This document shows, one piece after another, positions 12,010 through 24,011 of a stretch of DNA of 48,033 nucleotides. This DNA is from Conidiobolus incongruus B7586 (taxonomy: Eukaryota). The translations under genes and the position numbers were made by a program. Under the pieces are notes generated by a model. The model made no database searches. It saw only the letters and a list, made by a program, of their open reading frames with translations, and was not told where the DNA came from. Each line of letters opens with the position of its first letter. The first letter of the stretch is position 1. Location: assembly GCA_000697335.1 (NCBI GenBank), contig JNEM01008788.1, positions 1 to 48,033 of the forward strand, given 5' to 3'.

Positions 12010-14094
12010 TTAGACGATATAACTATTATAATTACGGTTATGTGTATCGACTGAATAGGAATGGAATAAATCTTGTAGAGCATTTTCAACTGTATGGTGA
12101 AGATGTGTACTTCTGACTGTAAGTCCATTGTGCTCAACCATCAAATCATCCTCTTCATCATTGACTACAATACTCTCCTTCTTGGTCGTTCCGTTCTTGA
12201 TATCCTCTTCCAAATCCAATAGTCCTCCATGAACTAATTGAGGTAATATATGAGGGTGAATATGGACGAAATGGAATGGTAATTTGGCATTGGAGGGATC
12301 TCTATCAGGTGGAGTATATATATGCTGAAGAGCAGATCTCAAATCCACGAGAACTTTAATTGCTGTATAATCCAAGTATTGAACATGAAGGAAATCGAGT
12401 ATTACACCTCGCAATGGGAAGAGGTCTTCTTCATCTGAAGGAGACATTCCTGCATCATTTCTTAGTTTTTTACCCTTTTCAGCAAGATCCATGGACCAAA
12501 TCTTCCTCTCTTGATCCGTTTTTTGAGGTGGTTTGCAATTCAATAGAGCATAATCCAACATACGATCACCAAGAGCTTCTGCATTTAAGAAAAATATACT
12601 GGTAAGAGGTTGAAAAATCATGACACCATGGTTTTCATTCATTACAGATGGATATCTCTTATCGGTAGAAAAGGCGGAATGATCTGGACTACTTGTAATT
12701 GTTAAATATGGTCGAGTCAAGTAATACATCATCTTTAATAATGATAATGCGAGACTGACCAGAATACCCATTTCTGTACTTGAAAAAAAGATCACAACTA
12801 CTGCCGAAACGAAAATCACCAAATCGGATGGGCAACATAGAAGTAAATATTTATACATATGGCGGTCCTCCAGAAGATTGAGTACTGCTAAGACAACAAT
12901 CGCAGCTAATGTAGCAGTTGGCAAATAGTAAAATAAAAAGGTCAAAAACTTATAGGCGATCAATACAATAGCACCGGCCACGATATTAACCAACGGAGAT
13001 TGAACACCAGCTTGGGATTGAACGCTCGTGCTACTTAGACAACCAGCGACAGGGAAACCATGGAAGAAGGCATTCAATATATTACCTCCTCCCATCGCTA
13101 CTAATTCTTGGGATGCGTTACAAACATAACCAGACTTTTTAGACAGACTTTTCGCTAACGCAACATGTTCCAAAACCATGATTAGAATCAACGGGGCTAC
13201 CTCCGCTCCTGCTAAGGTCAAGATCTTGGTATCTAAGTTAGGCAATGCTGCCTTTAGTTCGTTAGGAATATTGCCTACAATATGAACCTTGGCATTTGGA
13301 TTGGTAGATTTAACGCCATAAACGATTAAAGTGAAAATCAATACAGCTAAGCCATTAGCAGCAAATCCAAGATACTTGAGATTCTCATATTTTTTCCTTC
13401 CAAACTTGACACTATACCTGATAATCAGCAAAAACACAATGCTACTCAATCCAATAGCAAAGTCTAGTATCCAAGTCGATCGAATATTTCGTAACATTTC
13501 CACTAAAATCATTAAAGCAGATTGATCGGTTGATACCTTTATTCCTAATATTTTGGGCAACTGCGTCACTGCAATAGTCAATGCAGCCCCGTTTACAAAC
13601 CCGATAATCACCGGATCCGGAATCAAGTCCAATATCTTTCCTAATCGCGTCACGCCCAAAACGGTAATAATGATGCCACACCAAAATGCTAGAGCACTTG
13701 CAACTTCAATTGCGCCATAGCCGTCTTTAGCCAATTCCAAGACAATTTTACCGATGCATAATCCAACAACTGCAGTGGGTCCAACGTTCAGCTCGCGACT
13801 CGTGCCTGTGAAAGCATAAAAAAACGCAGGCATAAAACATGAAGTTAAACCATATTGCATGGGCACTTCAGCTAATCCAGCATAAGCCAAAGACTGAGGA
13901 ATTAAAACCAAACTTACCGTTAATCCAGAGATAAAGTCGTTAATCAACCACTTAGGAGGATACTTGAAGATCCACGTAAAAATGGGTAAAAAACTTTGGA
14001 AATAATCTCTTGCACCCACCTTTAACTGACGTTTGTCAATCTTTATTTTGAAATCATCTTTCCAATTATTCAATGGCGAAGTATTCGCAACCAT
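12010..14094 (-). CDS. SulP/SLC26-family anion transporter with STAS domain, paralogue 3 (694 aa, intronless)
   Basis: Collinear with paralogue 2 along its whole length (DFISGLTVSLVLIPQSLAYAGLA, GTSRELNVGPTA, QELVAMGGGN, identical STAS region). Confidence 0.92.
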   Translation of the reverse strand: MVANTSPLNNWKDDFKIKIDKRQLKVGARDYFQSFLPIFTWIFKYPPKWLINDFISGLTVSLVLIPQSLAYAGLAEVPMQYGLTSCFMPAFFYAFTGTSRELNVGPTAVVGLCIGKIVLELAKDGYGAIEVASALAFWCGIIITVLGVTRLGKILDLIPDPVIIGFVNGAALTIAVTQLPKILGIKVSTDQSALMILVEMLRNIRSTWILDFAIGLSSIVFLLIIRYSVKFGRKKYENLKYLGFAANGLAVLIFTLIVYGVKSTNPNAKVHIVGNIPNELKAALPNLDTKILTLAGAEVAPLILIMVLEHVALAKSLSKKSGYVCNASQELVAMGGGNILNAFFHGFPVAGCLSSTSVQSQAGVQSPLVNIVAGAIVLIAYKFLTFLFYYLPTATLAAIVVLAVLNLLEDRHMYKYLLLCCPSDLVIFVSAVVVIFFSSTEMGILVSLALSLLKMMYYLTRPYLTITSSPDHSAFSTDKRYPSVMNENHGVMIFQPLTSIFFLNAEALGDRMLDYALLNCKPPQKTDQERKIWSMDLAEKGKKLRNDAGMSPSDEEDLFPLRGVILDFLHVQYLDYTAIKVLVDLRSALQHIYTPPDRDPSNAKLPFHFVHIHPHILPQLVHGGLLDLEEDIKNGTTKKESIVVNDEEDDLMVEHNGLTVRSTHLHHTVENALQDLFHSYSVDTHNRNYNSYIV
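12061..12568. repeat. Right arm of the perfect 508-bp inverted repeat (partner 7861-8368), inside SulP paralogue 3
   Basis: Exact reverse complement of 7861-8368 by manual comparison. Confidence 0.9.
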
Positions 14095-17000
14095 TGTTTT
14101 TCCAAAATCACGTCTTGTGATATGTGATTAGAATATAAGATCATACCTAGGTTTATATAGGGTTTTCAATTATTACAGAAGATCTGAATAGTATTCGCTA
14201 AATCTCCCACATAACTAATAAAAATAAAAATGCAACAATTCAACTTTAAGTTGAAATTTGATATTTGATCATTAAGATATATTGGGCTATTTGGAATTGG
14301 GAGTCAAGGGTTATTACTATTAAATTTACTCCTTTTTTATAGTTGTTACCTTTATTTAGCTTATTTAAATTACACACACCTAATGTAGTCGATTTATATG
14401 GCCTAAAAATATTCTAATCTTAAGCTAAAAAATAGAGGTAATCTAATTACGTAATTCGACATAAGGGGTGATATATGTGGAACCAAAAAGAGTTTATAGC
14501 ATTATATCATACAATAAAGTTAACAAAAATTATTTGGAGGAAAGTTTATTTAATATTTGATCGAATTAAAATTTAATAACAGTAATAGGAAACAATGATT
14601 ATAAACCTTGAATTTATAGCTATTGCTATTAAGAGTTTGGTTTAAAGAGATATAATATAAGGTTTCGAGACATTACTTATGGATATTAAGCTACTGCTCA
14701 ATGTTTGTAATTCAAATTGATTATTTATAATTAAATTCTAGGTTATAACTTCTGCCAAGGTTTAATTATAAAAATTTTTATATCTCAATCAGTAAGAGTA
14801 TATTTAACCATGTTAGTGAAAACATGCAGATATTTTGAAATATTTAGTATAATTCTTCAATGATATTAAATTCTAGCTATTAATGAATAGGGATCTAGAT
14901 GTTAAATAGGTGTTTTATTTAATTAATATAATCGTTGATATTGCAATGATATTTAATCAATAAAATCATCTATGCTGTATATTGAAAATATATATTGTGA
15001 ATGAAAAGTGTTAAAATTATATACACATTAGATATTTTAATAACGGATTTTTTTTTTGAAAATTCACCAAAAAAGTAGCAGTTTTTAATATTCAACAAAA
15101 AATTATGAAATAGTGTCACTTATATATTTAAATACTTAATTTATATTTTAAATTAACTTGGTTATATATTACATTTGTTATTAAATTTTAAAGCATTAAT
15201 TAGACCAATTTTGTTCAAACTCAAATAGTGGGATATTTTTATTCTCTTTTCATGAATAAAATTGAATCTAGAATATCGATAAGTTCAATATTGATGATAT
15301 GCACAAGTCGCTTTATAATCACATATCTTATTCTTCATCTAATATAGATTCAAGTGAATTAATTAGCCAATGAAAGGATAATAAATTTCAATTTGCATAA
15401 TTCATTCAATAAACCATTAAATTTATAAAAAATCTCTTACGTGAATTTACCAAATATAGAAAACGAATTGTCTGATTATCTGATAATTTGTGTATTACCA
15501 AATGATATACAGATTTTAAAGTTTTTAACAAATTAACATTATCTTAATAATTTTTTTAATCAAAAGTATACAGAAATTGACAATTTACTCTTTACATAAT
15601 TGAATAAAATAAAGAACAATAATGTAATGAATATAATCTTGATCGATCTTTGCTGATTAATTATTTCATTTTGAGTGTTAGATAGAATTATTATTATATA
15701 ATACCTCTATTAAAATACTTGTAATTGTAAATCTATATGTATATTATTAGTTACAGCATTGACGAAATTACATTGATATTCGATGGAGGGAATATATAAT
15801 ATTTTTACTTACAATAATATAGATTTAATGGGATAAATTATAATATTTTTCAATTCTAATTAATAATTATGATTAATATATAAAAATGTTACCCACTATT
15901 CAAAAAATTTTGAACCAAATGGTACAATTCAAATTAATTTTATTATAATCTTCTTCCATAGTGAAAATGATGGAATTGGATATGAAATCATCATAAAGAA
16001 AGTCTGATTTACAAGTATAAGCGTTTATCTGCTAAAAATACATCGTAAAGTCCCTGAAAGTTTGTAAGAATTGTAGTTAAAATATTCAAAGTTAATTTTT
16101 GATAATATTATTTTGAAAAGTTCCATTTATATTTTTGATCATAAAAAGCGTATTTCACTGATAAAATTTATGCTATCATTGGATACAAATTAGACCAGAA
16201 ATGTTCCTCTGGGTAAATATTCAAGTCTTTATGATCTATATATATTAAATATTAAATCATGGGTCATCGGTGAAACCAAAATAATCAAGGTAATATTTAG
16301 GAAGGAAATATAAAATTAATAACATTGTATCTATTAATTTAAAATATAGGGTTTATAAGCCAATTAAAAACAGTTTATACATAGTTAATTAGGAAAAGTT
16401 TAAAATTATCCTCAATAACTAACACAATAAATTAGGCGAAAATTGTATTACTACAATTTGAATGAAATAAAATATTAATTTCCAAATATTAAATTGCTCA
16501 TCATATAAATTTGATAAATTTTTAGCTTTTTTTCATGAATCTTTTATTTTCAATCTGATTTAATATATATTGAACATAAAAAGAGCATCGTAGTAGAGTT
16601 TCATATTGTTCTATTTAAATTGTACAAGGAGTTAAAAATATAAAGATTTATTAATTAGACAATTTTTTTGAATTCTCGCATTTTTGAATTACCAATGAAC
16701 AACATATCTGAGATCTTGTTCAAATTAAATTATTATTTCATGTAATGAGTAATATATTTCAAATTTTCAAAACATATGAAATTCATCAATAAATGCGAAC
16801 TTGATAAACTATGATGATTTGAAGTATTTTTAAAATTATTTAATATATTGGTGTTTTATTAAAACTTGATAATTTTAAAGTGAATTGTAAAAACGTAATT
16901 CAGCTTCAACTTTTAATTGAATTATAATAAGGTCAATAAGGAATGTTTTAGAGGATAAAAATACAAAATTTGTAAAATTTATCATAATTATCAAAGATTA

Positions 17001-17331
17001 TAAGTCTAACATGTTATAGTGATTTTATGTCATTACAAATGATTCCAGTTCATATGATAAATAAAGTTTGATACAAGATCATATATTGATTCATCAGTAA
17101 AAATATGTGATTAGTGTAAAAACTCATGTAAATATGTTTATTCAACCTAATCAATAAAAGGTTAATCATTTTATTACTACAAATGGATATAAGATTAGGA
17201 TTCATATCTTGACCAAATTTGATTAATATTCGAAACTCATTGATCAACAGATGACAATAGATATACTATGCAGATACAACTGAGTCCGAAACAATATGTA
17301 TAGTAATATTTAAATAGATCAAGTGAATTTT

Positions 17332-19197
17332 TTAGATTTCGGATTTTACAAGCTTTTCAGGATTAGAATCTTCTTTTTGAGCGGAATCATCGTTAACTTG
17401 GGAAATATCTCTCTTCAAGTTGGGGGTTTCCTGTGATTCGGGTTGAGATTCGGCTGTACTTTCTACAATCCAATCACCTTCCAACTGACCAACCTGCTTG
17501 TTGGAAAATGAGCGAATAGCGTTATCGGAATTGAGTCGAGAGCGGAAGCTGATCAATGCGCCGTTTCTTTCGTCACAGTCAAATTTAATTGAAACAAAAC
17601 CAGAGGCATTGGAGAAATGTTCTTCAATGATAGATTTCTGCTCTTCAGAGAATCCCCAAAGCATAAATTTACCTGGCCTTTTGTCTAATATATAAAGCTC
17701 TTGGATTTGCTCTAGAGTAAGTTTGCTAGTATCTGGAAGCGGTTTGGTTTCAACCTGAGTTTCATTATTGGATTCATCATTGTTGGTATTATCAATTAAC
17801 TGTGGTTGGCCATTACTAGATACTGATGCTTCAACTTTGTCTTCAGCAGTTTCACCAGTGGTAGGCTGAGCTGATTTTGAAGGAAACATTTTTTTCATAA
17901 ACTCTTCTGTTTCGGCAATGCGCGCATCTACCTTTTCGAGGAAAACTGTCAGCTCTACCTTGGATTCCTCGCTAAGGTCAGGCTTTTGTAAAGCTTCTGT
18001 AATGATCTTTTTTTCTTCCATGAATTTTTCAAGCAACTTTTCCTTTGATCTCTTTAGCGTTAAACGAGCTAATAAAGCTTGATTTTTCTTTTCAATCTCA
18101 GAGTTTCCATTTGCATTAGAAGTGTTGTCTGGAATATATTTGAATTCAAGAGGATTAGTTTCATCATCATACTCAATAACAGTTGATAATGAATTAAAGG
18201 CACGATTGGGTGAATCATGAGCCTTTTTGGCGCTTTCTATATCTTCGAAAGTGACTTTGGCTTGACGAAATTCAAAATGAAGCTGAATGTTTTCAATTGC
18301 TCCAAAACTTTGGAAATATTCTCGAATTTTCTCTTCGCTCAAGGAATTTATGGGTATTTTGGAAATAAATATAGTTTTACAAGGTTCTCTGTCTGTTTTT
18401 GGCAATTGAGAGTTCTGAGGAATGAAAGTGTTTGAAGTGAATGTTGGTGGAACAAATACATTGCGAAACGGATTGGATCTTCGGGGAGGTCGACTGTATT
18501 CAGTTGGGTAAGATTGAGGGGGATATGAGTGCTCTTGATAGGATGGATCATAAGGGTGATAACCGTGTGGCTCATGTGAATTTGGAGGATGGTAGAATTG
18601 GCAGTGGGCATTCGTACACTGCCCGTATTTTAAATAATATTTACATGTTTGGGATGCCTTGGGGTGGCCATAACCGTGAGAATTGGGATCGTATGGTATA
18701 TGTTGACGATTGTTTCTGTATTGTCTATAGTCATATGAGTCATTAGAACGACCTAAACGGTCATATTGCGAATCTAAATAAAAAGAAGGTTATGAATAAA
18801 GACATAAGTGAAAATCGAAATAAAACGGATACCTTTAGAATCTTTGTAAGAAAGCATTTTATGCTCACGAATATAGTTAAATAACTCTTGAACGAAAGCT
18901 GAGGTCCCTAGAAAAATAGGTAAATTTAAAATATATATATATATATATAACTAAAGGCATACCATCATGTAAGAAGTCTTGGAGTTGCACTATACAGTTA
19001 TCTCTCAATTTATATATAGGTGCCTCTTCTTTCAAAAGGGCAATAATGTACTCAGTTAATGTTTCAGGTTCAAGGTCAAACCTAGTAAAATAAAATTAAT
19101 AAATGAAATAAAAAGGACTATTAGTATATTACGATCTAGTTAACGTTTCACTTATAAAATCTTTAAGTTTTTCAGTTTTTTCTAATGATAAAGTCAT
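17332..19197 (-). CDS. RBM26/RBM27 (S. pombe Rmn1)-like RNA-binding protein with PWI, CCCH zinc finger and RRM(s), ~566 aa; exons 19197-19133, 19081-18963, 18907-18833, 18773-17332
   Basis: Three GT-AG introns (51, 55, 59 nt) keep the frame. The spliced N-terminus is PWI-like (FDLEPETLTEYIIALLKE...LRDNCIVQLQDFLHDGTSAFVQELF), followed by CKYYLKYGQCTNAHCQFYH (C-x8-C-x4-C-x3-H), an RRM (TIFISKIP...IREYFQSFGAIENIQL...AKVTFE) and a coiled coil. Confidence 0.8.
18931..18948. repeat. (AT)9 microsatellite in intron 2 of the RBM26-like gene
   Basis: Direct reading of the sequence. Confidence 0.8.
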
Positions 19198-19672
19198 TTT
19201 TTATTTAATATATAAATATTAGTTTGAGAATAAATCCAATAATTATAACTTGAAACGAATTTCACGTATATATATAATTAGGAATTTGAGTCAAATAATA
19301 AATTTAATTATGGGATCTTTCCTTATATTAGTTCTGTTATAGGATTAATTTTTAAAAATAATCATATCTTTAATCCATTGTATATTTTAATTGCAATATG
19401 TATATAGTTTATTTGTTTTTGATTTTACAATATATCTATTTACAATGAATTTAAACGATATATTGAATACTTATTTCCACATTTTTTATAATAGATTTTT
19501 AGTAATAATATATATTTTTGAAATGAACCATTATTATGTCATATTTCAATATCATGATAGTATATATAATATATTATGAAAAGTGTATTAAATATATATT
19601 TTATTAAAATTAGCTATCAAAAAATAAAAATTAATAAAATTCCTTCATTGTACCATATTTTTTCATAACACT

Positions 19673-19690
19673 ATATATATATATATATAT
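19673..19690. repeat. (AT)9 microsatellite, intergenic
   Basis: Direct reading of the sequence. Confidence 0.8.
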
Positions 19691-21323
19691 TTGATTAAAT
19701 ATAAAAATTCCAAAAATCAATTAGCATTTAAAGATAATATTGGTTAATTATGTAGTCAAAAATTTTAACTCTTAAATTAAAATCAATTTGAATCTCATAA
19801 TTAATTGTTGTAACCAAAATATTTTTGATACATTATATTATTATCTGCCTAATTAAGGTATGCAATTGTAATAATTTTTGAAAAGTTAAATACAGAGATT
19901 CAATTTAAGGAACTCCATATTTGTAAATATTTGAGAGGTTGAAAATTTTAAATACTTGTATAAAATATATATTTAGCACAAATCTGTGAACTTAATATTA
20001 TATATTTAACTTGAATTCCTTATGAAGTTATTAACAGTTTGAAAAATTTATTTTAATATGATATAATTATAACCTAATCACTCTAATAACCACCTAAAAT
20101 ATCAATGTAAACATAAAATTTAAGAATTATATATATTATGATATAATAATAATCTTCAAAAATTAATTCGAGTTAATCAATATTTTGAAATATTTATTAC
20201 TGAATTTGGATAATAATTTTAATAATTTTCAATTCATTATGAGGATTATATTAATACTTTTGATATTCCAATTATTTTCAAATAAAAAAATTTGATACTC
20301 TAAATCTATCTATATTGATCATTTTTATCATTTCTTATATTTCATTGGTATTATTTTGTCATTGTTTTTTCAAGATTATGAAATTCTATACTCAAGTCCG
20401 AATAGCGTTAAAGATTCTAGTTTCATTGGATATTCTTGTTTTTAGTATAGGATCATAACAACCATATGGCTCATAAGATTATGATAATCAATTTATGAAA
20501 TATCAATATTAAGGATCTGAATCGTCTTAAGTATTTTATTATTGCTCTGAAACCTTTGAGATTTTATTTATAACTAAGTAAAATCTTATCAAATATAAAT
20601 TATTTATAAAATTGATATTAAACAATATTTATTATATCATTCTTATAATTATTGATTTTTTTATTTTTACTTTCATATTTATTAATGCTCCAAAACGATT
20701 ATGTCACTTAAAGATATTATTATATTATTAAATCCTCCCCTGTTATGATTTTTATAATAAAATCCTTTAAATCATCAATATGCAAAAAATAACACAACTA
20801 AAAAGCACTTATAAATATTTATATACCCTCGTGTCAACCAATGAAATTCGCAAATTGATGGCAAGTACCAATTTTTCTTATTAGAAATCAATTGATATCA
20901 ATATAAATCTCAGTTAAAGGTAATTTAATGCATTTACCTTTATATTGATCACTAGTTTGCAAAGTATCCTTAATATCAATATCTTGTTCAATACCATTAT
21001 TATTTACCTAAGAAGTTAATAAAGGAGGCGATCTATATTATGAACTTTTGTTTTTCTATAAATTGACTACATTTAAATCTAAAAGTATCATTATCATAAA
21101 TCAAAATCCTTATCCAATATCAAATATACTAAAATTGGACTTTCAGAAAAGTCTGATTATAAAATAATTAGCACCTTCGAATTGAATGATTTAAATAAAT
21201 TCAATCCCATATTTCGAAATAGTGGTAATTTAATATAGGTCCTGAATGCTAAATCTCAGTCCATCAACATCATTGTACATTATATTAATAAATTCAGTAT
21301 ACAAATTTGAATGATACTAAAAT

Positions 21324-23738
21324 ATGAATACTAATCATCATAATGGCAACTCTACTGATTTAAAGAAATTACACCCTTCACCCCATTCTACTAATCAATA
21401 CAGAAAAAATTCAAGTATTCCTAATACCCCGACAGCCCCAAACGCCTTAAATCAACTTGACTTGAACTATAAATCATTAAATTCAATACCCCAAGATATA
21501 TTTTTACACCATGAAAATATTGAAAAAATTAGTCTAGCTTACAACCATTTGAGTACCCTTCCTTCCCAATTTCAAGATTTTCAGAATTTAGTTAACCTAA
21601 ATTTACGCTCTAATCAATTCAAAGAATTTCCTGCTGTGCTGACTGAGTTGAATAATCTCCAAGTTTTGGATATTTCTAGGAATAAAATTAAAGCGCTTCC
21701 TTCTAACCCAGGAAATTTGATAAAATTAACTCGATTAAATCTTAGCAAAAATAGACTGCATACATTACCATTATATTTTGGAATAATGGAGAATCTTGAA
21801 ATACTCAAAGTGGAAGGCAATTCTTTCACTTTCCCTTCAGAAAGGTGGTTTAGGTATGAAAAATGGGGAGACCGCACCTCATGGTTGAAATCACTTCAAG
21901 CATATTTGAGAGAAACTGAAAACGCTCAAAAAGACCCAAACTACTCCAGGATTCCTGGAAAGAGTTCTTCACCAAACCTTGGTCAAAAACACCTTCCTCC
22001 AAGGATAAAAACCTCGCAAGACTCTGGGTCAAGTCCGAGAGATAAACACTCAGCCAAATTCCATCCAAGTTTTGATAAGCCAACTTCAAGAAAAAACTCT
22101 TCACCTTCGAGTGAGTATAACCATTTTCCACATAGAGGTCACTCTCGGAGTCAGAGCCAAGATTCGATTAATAATCTCAAACTTTCGATGAGTCCAGAAG
22201 ATTATAGTGGACATCTAAACTTTGGACATAGTTCTCCCTTTGGTCAAAGTGAACATCCATTTACCTCCACTATGAAAAAAGTTGAATTCAAGCCAATACC
22301 AAGGCAACGATCAAATTCGCATATTTCTTCGAAATCAAATTTAAATCCAATTATTCATGAGTCTGACTCTATTGATGAAATTCATTTAAAAGGCGAAAAC
22401 AGAAGACAGCAAAGTGATCTTACAGATCCAACCAATCCGACTGATTCCTGCAGCTCAGATGATGAAACCAAATCTCCTCATAATATATTTTCTTCTGCCC
22501 TGAATTCAGCATTCTATAAAAGTTTTACTGAAGCAGAGATATCTAGACTTCAGGCTTATCGAGACTTACTTTATGTAGCACATATTGTTGAGACTAGATT
22601 AAATTTTTGGCTGTCAATTACTGTAAATAATGATGGTATTTTCTCCCCAATGACCGCGGTTATGAGATCACCTATATCTGAGTCTCCAGGTAGCTTGCCT
22701 GACTCAAATGCTTTGGCACATTCTTCCTCGATTGATTCCAAAAATGACAAGTTGGGGATAAAATCTAGTGATATGAAGTTTAACACTTTAGAAACGTTAC
22801 AACAATTCAGGAGAGAAAGCAGACATCTATGTCACCTTCTTCTAAAATGTACGATATCATCTGACGATTTATCTGATACCTACAATACAGAGGAGCTTTG
22901 GAATAGCCTGCATTCAGTTTCCCTGAACTTGCTTGCCACTTTAAACCAAATAATCGCAGTTTTGTTAAATTCCTTAGTATTACCAGACTATGTTGAAACA
23001 TCACCTCAGCGCTGGAAAGATACATTATTCAATTTACATCAAATCGCCATTCATTTGAAATCAATGACTGGTAATTTACAAATTGTAAACGTTGAACAGA
23101 CTGAAAAGCTGGATATTGGCTCTTTACTCGACAAAGTACCTCAGCAGAAGACAGCACCTAAAGTTCGACCATTTCATCGCAAGCAGCTATCTGAAAATAG
23201 TCTTCTTTCTAAACGTAATGTTAACCTGTCTCCGTTGAATAAAACGAGTAAGGCTATTCCTCAAAAGTCTTCTTTCACTTCAGAACAAGTTAAAAGCAAT
23301 CCGAATAATCACCTCTATTTATCAGTTGAAATGGGTGTTTCTGCTGCTTTCAAAGTTCTCAACTCTCTTAAAGATTATTTTACCAATAATCATATCAATT
23401 CATATGGCAAACTTGATAATTTATCAAAATGTATTCAACATTGTCAAGAAGCCACTCAAAGTCTTGTTGGGTGCTTGAATATGCTTTTTGAAGTTCCAAG
23501 TCCCAATAGCTCTATTAACCGATACAAAGATTGTGATAATCTTAATTTAACTGATCCCACTCAACTGCCACGATTTTATTCTCATGCTCAACACTTTGTT
23601 GAAAGTATTCTCACCTTATTGCAGGAGCTCAAGGCCCATGCCAATGAAATTGAATTATCGAAAATTCAGGGAATTGATCAATTGGGTATGCTATTGTCAT
23701 CTACAAAAGAAATAGCACAGAGTTTGCCTTCTAAATAG
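21324..23738 (+). CDS. SOG2: Leucine-rich-repeat protein, probably RAM/MOR signalling component Sog2 (804 aa, intronless)
   Basis: About six N-terminal LRRs (ISLAYNHLSTLP, LNLRSNQFKEFP, LDISRNKIKALP, LNLSKNRLHTLP, LKVEGNSFTFP), then a Ser/Pro-rich linker and a helical C-terminal region. This matches Sog2 architecture; the LRR call is firm, the orthology is inferred. Confidence 0.65.
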   Translation: MNTNHHNGNSTDLKKLHPSPHSTNQYRKNSSIPNTPTAPNALNQLDLNYKSLNSIPQDIFLHHENIEKISLAYNHLSTLPSQFQDFQNLVNLNLRSNQFKEFPAVLTELNNLQVLDISRNKIKALPSNPGNLIKLTRLNLSKNRLHTLPLYFGIMENLEILKVEGNSFTFPSERWFRYEKWGDRTSWLKSLQAYLRETENAQKDPNYSRIPGKSSSPNLGQKHLPPRIKTSQDSGSSPRDKHSAKFHPSFDKPTSRKNSSPSSEYNHFPHRGHSRSQSQDSINNLKLSMSPEDYSGHLNFGHSSPFGQSEHPFTSTMKKVEFKPIPRQRSNSHISSKSNLNPIIHESDSIDEIHLKGENRRQQSDLTDPTNPTDSCSSDDETKSPHNIFSSALNSAFYKSFTEAEISRLQAYRDLLYVAHIVETRLNFWLSITVNNDGIFSPMTAVMRSPISESPGSLPDSNALAHSSSIDSKNDKLGIKSSDMKFNTLETLQQFRRESRHLCHLLLKCTISSDDLSDTYNTEELWNSLHSVSLNLLATLNQIIAVLLNSLVLPDYVETSPQRWKDTLFNLHQIAIHLKSMTGNLQIVNVEQTEKLDIGSLLDKVPQQKTAPKVRPFHRKQLSENSLLSKRNVNLSPLNKTSKAIPQKSSFTSEQVKSNPNNHLYLSVEMGVSAAFKVLNSLKDYFTNNHINSYGKLDNLSKCIQHCQEATQSLVGCLNMLFEVPSPNSSINRYKDCDNLNLTDPTQLPRFYSHAQHFVESILTLLQELKAHANEIELSKIQGIDQLGMLLSSTKEIAQSLPSK

Positions 23739-24011
23739 AGAGATAGCTTCCACACAAAGGTTATTAATTAATTGATAATAAAAAATTTTCATTTGAATTA
23801 AAATTAGTTATTTAATATATTTTCAATTACATTTATTATATGCAAATTTAATAATAATATAGAACACATTTATTATTGCATTTGTAAAATAATTTTAATA
23901 AATCTAATTAATTCAAAATCTATCAATAACGGATATAAAATAGAATTAAATAATTATATATTTTACCTTTCAAATTATATTTTTACGCAAATTCTTTGAT
24001 TTATTTAAAGT

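Noticed and set aside
6904..13684. Short antisense or alternate-frame ORFs within the SulP and NOP56 genes, including near-identical pairs (7827-8069 with 12360-12605; 6904-7098 with 13331-13525)
   Set aside because: They are shadows of the real genes. The apparent conservation simply follows the shared nucleotide tracts between paralogues.
15967..16006. ATGATGG...CTGA resembling a box C/D snoRNA (similar pattern near 20491-20520)
   Set aside because: Imperfect C boxes, only ~30-40 nt between the boxes, and no recognisable rRNA guide.
18441..18746. 101-aa plus-strand ORF and 87-aa minus-strand ORF (18348-18611)
   Set aside because: Both overlap exon 4 of the RBM26-like gene, whose true frame encodes the CCCH finger.
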